NCBI RefSeq assembly: GCF_006345805.1 | Contig: NW_021835388.1 | Location: forward strand, 1 to 39,962 | Reading direction: 5' to 3' | Length of the DNA: 39,962 bases | DNA from: Octopus sinensis | Lineage: Eukaryota | Shown here: positions 31,725 through 39,962 of the stretch, piece by piece | Numbering within the stretch: position 1 is the first letter of the stretch | Layout: every line of letters starts with the position of its first letter | Notes under the pieces: model-generated | Database searches by the model: none | The model's input: the letters and a program-made list of their open reading frames with translations, nothing else | What the model was told of the DNA's origin: nothing | Translations under genes and position numbers: made by a program

Positions 31725-33392
31725 TAATAAAGACTATAGATGAAATGAAAACACTCAGCTACTGGCCCCGATGGATTCCCGGCATCCTTCTAAAAGTATG
31801 TAAGAGAGTCCTAGCAGACCACTGCAGTTCCTCTTTCAGAGCTTCCTTGCAACTGGCAAACATCCAAGAAAACTGAAGGAGGTAAAATATGCCCTATTCA
31901 TAAAGGAGGTAACAGAGCAGAGGCCAAGAACTACAGACCTATCTCTCTGACTCACACACTCAGCAAGGTCTTGGAACGAATAGTCAGAAGGAAACTAATC
32001 ACCTTCCTTGAAGAAAGTGACTTCCTGCCTGACACCCAACATGTTTTCCGACCAGAAGAAGCTGCCTAACTTAGCTCCTACAACACTATGACTGGGTGCT
32101 GAAATGACTGCTCAACCACTCAAATGTGGAAGTGATATATCTCGACTTTGCAAAGGCCTTTGATAAAGTCGATCATGGAATGATATGTCACAAACTGTGT
32201 GATCTTGGCATAGTTGGAAAATTGGAGAATGGCTTCATGACTTTCTGAAGGATAGAAGTCAGGTGGTAGTAGCACCATTAACACGCAAATAGTGAGCGGT
32301 GTTCCGCAGGGCACTGTTTTGGGACCACTACTGTTCATAATGGCCCTCTCAGACATGCCTCAGCCACGCAGAGAGCCACGATCACAAGTTTTGCAGATGA
32401 TACAAAAGTTTCACGTGCAATACAGAACCCTGAAGACACTAAGCACCTGCAATGTGAGCTGGACAAAATATACAAGTGGGCTGAAAAGAATAGCATGCAA
32501 TTCAATGCTGAAAAGTTTCAAGCTTTATGCTATCAGTATGCAAAGCTAAATGCAATACCCAATGAATACACTGGACCCGGAGGGATTGCAATCCCAGAGG
32601 TACAATCAGTGCGTGACCTGGGTATTTACATGAGTGATGACGCAACCTATCATGTACATGTTGCTAAATTGGCAATGACATGTAGACGGCTGGCCAGATG
32701 GATTCTTAGAACCTTTAGAACAAGAGAACAAGAAACCGTGATGGTCCTCTGGAAGACACTTGTCCTAAGCTACTTTGACTATTGCTCTCAGCTATGGTCA
32801 CCATCCAGTGTCAAGTTGATCACAGAACTTGAGGCGATCCAACGAAGCTACACGAAGAAGATAGCCTCTGTGCAGCATATAAGCTACTGGGAAAGACTCA
32901 ACAGATTAAAACTCTATTCCTTGGAGCGTAGGTGAGAAAGATATGCCATAATATACATCTGGAAGATCCTGGAGGGACTTGTCCCAAACTTTGGCATCGA
33001 GAGTTACACAAATGCCAGAACTGGGCGCCACTGCGTGGTGCCAAGGACTCCAAATTTGCCATCAAGATGTAGGACAAGATATTGTAATAGCCTGGGCTTC
33101 AGAGGCCCACAGCTCTTCAATGTCCTCCCGAAGAGCCTGAGGGACCTGCATGGGGTGGATGCGGATGTCTTTAAAGTAGGACTGGATCTCTTCCTGTCAG
33201 GTGTCCCGGATGAACCAACTTCACAGCAGGAGGTGCAGATGAGGGCAGCTGCATCGAACTCTCTCATGCACCAAATGGCAGTTGCTAAAGAGCATTCGTG
33301 AAGTAAAATCATGTAGCAACACAAAATGGCGGTGCCCCAGCATGGCCACAGCTCGTGATCTGAAACTAGATAAAATAAAATTAAAAAAAATA
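31725..33392 (+). mobile_element. CR1/L2-group LINE, 5'-truncated, with complete 3' end
   Basis: [72 protein letters not shown]; tail ggcggtgccccagcatggccacag..tgaaactagataaaataaaa. Confidence 0.95.
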
Positions 33393-33402
33393 TATATATA
33401 TT

Positions 33403-33618
33403 GGGAAGCCAGGAGGCTGCACCAGTCCCCAGTCTGACCTGGCAGTGTTTCTACAGCTGGATTCCCTTCCGGAGTGGTTGGTGTTTGGAAGGGGATCCAG
33501 CAGTAGAAACACTGCCAGATCAGACTGCAGCCTCCTGGCTTCCCAGACCCCAGTCAATTCATCCAACCCATGCTAGCATGGAAAACGGATGTTAAACAAT
33601 GATGATGATAATGATGAT
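33403..33618. repeat. Fold-back pair of repeat-D segments
   Basis: 33403-33470 versus 33487-33544 inverted (3 mismatches, one 10-bp indel); the right arm continues to a (GAT)n tail. Confidence 0.85.
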
Positions 33619-33655
33619 TATATATATATATATATATATATATGATATATATATA

Positions 33656-34803
33656 CTAGCTGAAGGTGACCCGCTCTACGCGCGGGTAAGAATGTGGTTG
33701 TTACTTTCTGTTGCTTCCTTTCAGCACGTAAAAAGCACCATCCGAACGTGGCCGATTGCAGCGCCGCCTTGACTTGCTTCTGTGCCGGTGGCACGTAAAA
33801 AGCACCACCGATCATTGCCGCTGCGAGCCCCCCTGGCACCTGTGCGGTTGCACGAAAAAAGCACCCACTACACTCACAGAGTGGTTGGCGTTAGGAAGGT
33901 CATCCACCTGTAGAAACACTGCCAGATCAGACAGGAGCCTGGTGCAGCCTCCTGCTTCCCAGACCCCGGTCACACTGTCCAACCCGTGCTAGCACGGAAA
34001 ACGGACGTTAACGATGATGATGATGATGATTCTCCGTCTTTGTTTCTCTCTCCTTTCTCTCTCACTTTCCCACTCTCTTACTTTTCTTTTCTCTCGGACT
34101 CTCCCTCACTTCTCTTACTCTCTATCTTTATCTATCTCTCTCCCATTTATAAACAACAGAAGATCTTGAGTAAGTTGAGAAATAAAATATTTAGAAGATC
34201 AATCATAAATATCAGGCAGTGGCAACGGAAATGTCTGCTTCAAGGCAGACAGCAAAACGCTAACATTTAAAAGGGACAGATGAACTTGCGAGCTGAATAA
34301 AAATAATAAAATATTGGAAACCAAAGTTTGAAGGGATAGAATCTGAGGATAGTAGAGTCACCATGACTGGCATTTCTTAACGACGGACAACAACGTATTG
34401 ACAGTTTAACGGCTGGGGTAAAATTTTGAACTTGATGTAAAAGAAAATTCGTAAACACCAAGTTTTGAAGTGATTCTTTCTCACGACAGTAGACTCACCA
34501 TGGCAAGCATTCAAAACTTCTTCATCATGGATGGCAACACATTGACGATTAAAAGGCTGACACAAATTTTTTAGCTTGATGTAACAGAGAATTCCTAAAC
34601 ACCCGCTCCTTGAAATTTTAATCCCCTTCCAGCCCCATTTAGACCCCTTTTCACATTCTGGTTAATATAACCCGATTTCATTCGGGTCTACTGGGGCCAC
34701 ATTTTATAAGATGAGGAAAAAAATAGTTGTTGTGCAAACTTGCCAGCACTTTTAACATAGGTGTGCATATTTTCAGCTGAATCGACCGAGTACGAATGCA
34801 CAC

Positions 34804-34805
<2 letters not shown>
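33656..34805 (-). mobile_element. Non-autonomous Helitron-like element (minus strand) with a nested repeat D at ~33695-34030
   Basis: 3' CTAG at 33656-33659 followed by T; GC hairpin ACCCGC-7nt-GCGGGT at 33669-33687; the other end (ttttcagctgaatcgaccgag..cacatt) fades into (TA)n, so the 5' TC is not visible. Confidence 0.6.
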
Positions 34806-34861
<56 letters not shown>

Positions 34862-34866
34862 ATATA

Positions 34867-36361
34867 TCTCTTATTATAAAAGGCAGATTTTATCTGCCTC
34901 CCTTTGGGAGTTATACAAATCTACAATATAGGATTTCTTCAATTACAATTACCTAGCAGTTTTAAGAGTACAATGCATCGCGTCATGCCAGGTCCAGTTT
35001 TTAAAATTTAAACTCCAATTAAGCAAAATTTACAGAAAACTCACATTCTGGTGTGTGTGTCAAATGCTTTTCTTAGTCTGGTTTACACCACACGCAAACG
35101 CACACACACAGTGGGCAAGGAATAAAATGAAAGTAATTCACTTACTGTAGTGAGTGATTCTTTCACTCTGCTTCCCACTTCCTCTTTACACACATTGAAA
35201 AAACTTTTATTTTTTTACATAAGTAATGAGAGCGAAAGAGACTAAGAGAAAGCGATTGTATGACGAGGGAAGTTCCTTTCAAGTTACCGTGCATGGGACT
35301 CATTGATGTATATGTGTGTGTGTGTGTTTGATGGAGTGTGGGAGACAGACAGTATGTTGTGTAAGTGAAGTGCTTCTGTTAGTGTGTGTGAAGAGACAGA
35401 GAGAGTAATGTGTGAAAGAGAGAGATAACTGAAATTTTTTACTCGGTTTATGTGTATATGTATGTATGCATGTATGTGTGTGTGTGTGTGTGTATGTATG
35501 TGTGTGTATATGTATGTATTTATATATAAAAGAAAGGTTGTGTGTCTGTCTACTCCGATTTAGATTCCTAACTACTCCCACATTTTGCGATGCAGTTAAC
35601 CAAAACCGGGTATCTTATAGTCGTGATTCATATCGAGCCCTTCTGGGTATTAGCGCGCGTCTACGATGAGTCTATGATTTTACAAATAATTACCATCATT
35701 TTTTTTCCATTTTAATGCATATTTTTTAAAATAAACGGAAGTAACTCTCAAACTTCACACCAATATGCGTGCTCATATGCGACGTAATATCACATCACCA
35801 GCATTTCCTCACACTCTCCTTGCACTTGGCGAAGGCAAAATACCAGGGGATGAAAATGTTAATATTGCCATCGATTCCATTTGTACCATTGTTAAGACGC
35901 CTTCTGATCTCAGAGATGCAGTGTTCCCAGATTTACAAGCTAATTATCAGAATATGGATTGGATTGGCAAAAAGGCTATACTGGCCCCGAGGAATAAAAC
36001 TGTTCACCATATTAATGATGAAATGCTAAAACTCATTCCTGGGGAAGTCGATGTATATCAGTCTATCGATACAACTCCTGACCCAGAGGACGTCATCAAC
36101 TATCCAATAGAGGTACTCAATTCCTTTGAGCACCCCGGACTACCACCACACTTTCTCAAACTTAAAGTTAGTGCCCCTATAATGCTCATCAGAAATTTGG
36201 TTCCCCCAAAACAATGCAATGGCACACGTTTGGCGTTAAGTCCTTATCTCCCACCGTAAGCTTATTTCAATATTTGCCTGAATAATCATCATAATTCAGT
36301 GCAATCATTAACAGTACTTTCAAGCAATTCAGCCCCGAGCAACGCCGGGCAATTCTGCTAG
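34867..36361 (+). mobile_element. Non-autonomous Helitron (~1.5 kb) carrying a PIF1-helicase fragment
   Basis: A|TCTCTTATTATAAA 5' end at 34867; 3' hairpin CCCG-A-GC-AAC-GC-CGGG (36334-36349), then CTAG|T at 36358-36361. Confidence 0.85.
35765..36235 (+). pseudogene. Helitron RepHel PIF1 helicase fragment
   Basis: AILAPRNKTVHHIN..YQSID..NYPIEVLNSF..GLPPHFLKLKVSAPIMLIRNL..CNGTRL. Confidence 0.9.
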
Positions 36362-36393
<32 letters not shown>

Positions 36394-36416
36394 TAATGTA
36401 TATATATATATATTAT

Positions 36417-36482
<66 letters not shown>

Positions 36483-36483
36483 G

Positions 36484-36514
<31 letters not shown>

Positions 36515-36529
36515 GTATATTATATAATG

Positions 36530-36572
<43 letters not shown>

Positions 36573-36600
36573 ACGCATCATATATACAAATGTATACAAA
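36362..36600. repeat. (TA)n/(TG)n microsatellite
   Basis: Directly visible. Confidence 0.95.
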
Positions 36601-36849
36601 TGAGATATATATCTGTATAAATTAAATTAGAGATAAAACCACTAATAGGCAAAAGTGAAAAACCAAAAACAAAAACATAAAAAAAAATATAATATAGAAA
36701 ATATATAAAATATAAAATTGAAAAATTTAAATTATTTAAATTGAAAATAAAAATTATTAAATTATATTTATAATTTGTTTAAAAATATATATAACTATGA
36801 AAAAGTATGAAAAAGTTTAATATACATAAATACAGATATATACACTTTG

Positions 36850-37215
36850 TATATATACATATTTATATATAGAACACACACACACACATACATAATATAT
36901 ACATATTTATATATAGAACACACACACACACATACATTATATATACATATTTATATATAGAACACACACACACACACACACATACATTATATATACATAT
37001 TTATATATAGAACATACACACACACACATACATTATATATACATATTTATATATAGAACACACACACACACACACACACACACGTACATTATATATACAT
37101 ATTTATATCTAGAACACACACACATACATTATATATACATATTTATATATAGAACACACATACACACATACATTATATATACATATTTATATATAGAACA
37201 CACACACACACATAT
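36850..37215. repeat. ~40-bp compound minisatellite (atatatacatatttatatatagaa(ca)n..cat), roughly 9 units
   Basis: Directly visible tandem units with variable CA count. Confidence 0.9.
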
Positions 37216-37219
37216 AAAT

Positions 37220-37752
37220 GAACGCAAGAATATCTGATTCATAATATTTGTTCTCATGCTCATGTGTTGTTTGTGACAGACAGATACATCAAAGAACGCC
37301 GACGTGATGGAAACGGAGTGAGTGAAACAGAGAGGAAATAGCGAGAGTGAGCGCGTTGACAGGTAGACAATAGAATGCGGTGCGATGGCGATGGAATATT
37401 TGTTTCTCTCTATATATGCAGACAGATACATGAGTAAAAGTTATGGGAAGCTAAGAAACAGAGTGAGTGAAAAAGAGAGGAAATAGCGAGAGTGACAGAT
37501 ACTTTAAATAACGGTAGTGGAATTCTCAAAGTTATCACTGAAGAGGAGTGAGAGGGTATTGGAGGGAATAGCGTGAGTGAGGAAGATGGCCCCTAGCAAC
37601 CACACCTTTTAAGATAGGGATTTCTAAGGTAGCCCACGAGCTTCGTCACCTCTTTCTACATGTCCCTGTAAATTTTGGAGCGAATCGGACGGGATGTAGT
37701 GGCATTGAAAGCGATCCAAGCGGTAAAAACGCATTTCAGTTTTATATATAAT
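37220..37752 (-). mobile_element. Possible Helitron-like non-autonomous element, one end only
   Basis: Terminal aaattttggagcgaatcggac..gcatttcagttttatatata resembles the 34770-34805 end; no CTAG/hairpin partner found. Confidence 0.35.
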
Positions 37753-37832
37753 ATATATATTATATATATATATATATATGATATATATATATATATATTA
37801 TATATATATAAATTTATATAAATTTATATAAA

Positions 37833-38220
37833 GGCGTAGGAGTGGCTGTGTGGTAAGTAGCTTCTTACGAACCACATGGGTCTGGGTTTAGTCCCACTGT
37901 GTGGCACCTTGGGCAAGTGTCTTCTGCTATAGCCTCGGGCTGACCAAAGCCTTGTGAGTGGATTTGGTAGACAGAAACTGAAAGAAGCCATCGTATATAT
38001 GTATATATATATGTAGTATGTTTGTGTGTTGTGTTTGTCCCCCTCCCCCAACATCACTTGACAACCGATGCTGGTGTGTTTACGTCCCCGTAACTTAGCG
38101 GTTCAGCAAAAGAGACTGATAGAATAAGTACTAGGCTTACAGGGAATAAGTCCTGGAGTCAATTTGCTCGACTAAAGGCGGTGCTCCAGCATGGCCACAG
38201 TCAAATGACTAAACAAGTAA
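37833..38220 (+). mobile_element. SINE-A, full length
   Basis: ggcgtaggagtggctgtgtggtaag head; tail ggcggtgctccagcatggccacagtcaaatgact at 38177 onward. Confidence 0.9.
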
Positions 38221-38244
38221 ATTAATAAATGAAAAAAATGAATG

Positions 38245-38850
38245 AATAATATGTATAATATATAATATATGTATATATATATTACATACATATATCATAA
38301 AGATATATATATATAGATATATATATATATATATATATATGAGTACCTCATTCTTCTAATATATATATGTGTATGTATGTATGTATATATATTTATAATT
38401 GTGTCTAGGGAGAGTCATTCTCTTTTATTGCCATATTAATTCAACACACTCACCAGTCCAATTTCCACTCATTTATTTATTTTCTACTAAAATTTTCATA
38501 ATGCAGCCTTTGTCCATTATTGGAATTGTGTTTCTGTTTTTCTGTATGCAAGCATGTGCGTCAGTGTAGGTGCATATATACATATGTATCTATGTATGCA
38601 TGTATGTGTGTATGTATGTGTGTGTATGCTTGAGTGCACATTTGTATGTATGTATTCTGCATATCAATGTACTTGTGTGTTTATGTTGTGTGTGTTTGTA
38701 TGTGCGTGTGTGTGTTTGTGTATGGGTTTGTGTGACAATGTATGTGCATCTCTTATGTATGGATGTGTGTCTCCATATGTGTCCTTGCGTGAAGTGTGCG
38801 TGTATGTATATGGCCTGTGTGTCATTCTACATTTGTTTGTGTGTATAGAC
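38245..38850. repeat. (TA)n and degenerate (TG)/(TATG)n low-complexity tracts
   Basis: Directly visible; source of the CVCV ORFs. Confidence 0.8.
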
Positions 38851-39169
38851 AGAATTTTGATACTTCGTTTTTTCATTTCTCCCTATCATTTAAGAACATA
38901 CGCTTTAGTGAATTAACTATCGTATGCTCAGTCAAAAATCTTAGAATATCTCCTGCAGCAGATGTTAAATATGTGAAAGGTAAAGTATTTTTCAATTCAC
39001 TGTATTAAGATTTATTAAAACTTCAACGTATTCAAACACTACACTATATATAATGTTTATCCTTTTCTTCTATTGATGAATAGCCTGCATCTTCCATATA
39101 TATAAATGAGAGTTTGTATGTGTGTGTGTCTGCATGCATGTACGTGTATCTTCGTTATGCATTCAAAAG

Positions 39170-39700
39170 CTGAGCTTGCCCTGGAGTGGCATTACCAGTG
39201 GTGGTTGCCTGGGTAGTTGGACACAACACAAAATTAGAGAAGGAGAAGTGAATGTGTTGGGACTGCTTGAGGAGAAATGACATGAGCCCAACTGAATCCA
39301 TGAAGCAGATATTATAAAATAATGATAGAAAATCAGAGAAAAGAAAACCCATCTGGGATCTTGTGGCTACAGCATGCCTATGAGCAATTTTATGATAATC
39401 AGCTGAATGACCTTCCTTTGGACACAATCTAAGATGTCTGTATGAGAAATAGCAGCACCTGCCAACATGTGGGATATACTTGAATGTTGTAAATGGTCAG
39501 TAATTGTTTAGGGATGAAGAGTAGCGACAGTCTTTGATGTACGATCCTACTAACTAAAAGATGTACTTTTACCATGAGAGAAGTCTGGTGATTATGAGTT
39601 TTAACATTTGGATTAATAATGAGGACTCTATCTTCACACTGCTCATTTTAAGGGTGAGGGACAAGTGTAATGATGTTTTTTTTTTTTTATGTAGGTACTT
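39170..39700 (-). mobile_element. Old LINE ORF2 C-terminal remnant (CR1/L2 group, different subfamily)
   Basis: Across frameshifts: PHMLAGAAISHTDILDCVQRKVIQLI..HRHAVA..LSLFY, resembling the YCSHIW..LLDRVQRKA.RLI..HRR.VA.LSLFY pattern. Confidence 0.5.
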
Positions 39701-39962
39701 GTGTTGTTTTGCTGTGTCCCTATTGGAGATGCTTCTGTTTATGGAGCAAAAGCTAGTATAAGTTAGGCATGTGATGTACAGATTATTTATAGATGGTGCT
39801 TGATTGGTGAAGGCCCACACTTATGGAGACCATAGGAGAACACTTTTGGTGGAGGAATCATTTGTCAAACAAAATCAAATGTTCAGCTGATGTCAAGGGT
39901 AACAACAGTTGGTAAATTTTGAGCTACAGTTCTAACAAAGTCCTGAATGTCAGACAACTAAA

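Noticed and set aside
36850-37215. Regularly spaced repeats superficially like a CRISPR array
   Set aside because: The 'spacers' are only variable CA runs; eukaryotic context; no cas genes.

Overview
Eukaryotic, AT-rich, repeat-dominated DNA, most likely from an octopus-type cephalopod. This is inferred from the SINE families and the dense (TA)n tracts and was not checked by any search. I see no prokaryotic operon, CRISPR array, rRNA or genuine tRNA gene, and most long ORFs in the supplied track are translations of microsatellites. The only host gene I can support is the 3' half of a spliced + strand four-TM, MS4A/CD20-like membrane protein gene that the ORF track misses (exons 3912-4001, 5479-5598, 8151-8231; Cys cluster, PPxY tail, AATAAA). 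The rest is decayed mobile DNA: RTE LINEs with a PHD finger inside the RT, several CR1/L2-group LINE copies (one with a CCCH-finger ORF1 remnant), three tRNA-derived SINE families, a hAT transposase fossil, Helitrons, and a Penelope-like element (RT + GIY-YIG) with pseudo-LTRs. The most notable observations are (i) a cluster of four to five minimal type I hammerhead ribozyme motifs with palindromic stem III at 24.9-31.1 kb, (ii) recurrent inverted duplications of element ends across (TA)n tracts, (iii) a SINE sharing its 3' stem-loop with a local LINE, and (iv) the hidden MS4A-like gene with possible micro-exons. None of this amounts to a demonstrated new system. Repeat boundaries are approximate unless a TSD or terminal motif is cited.
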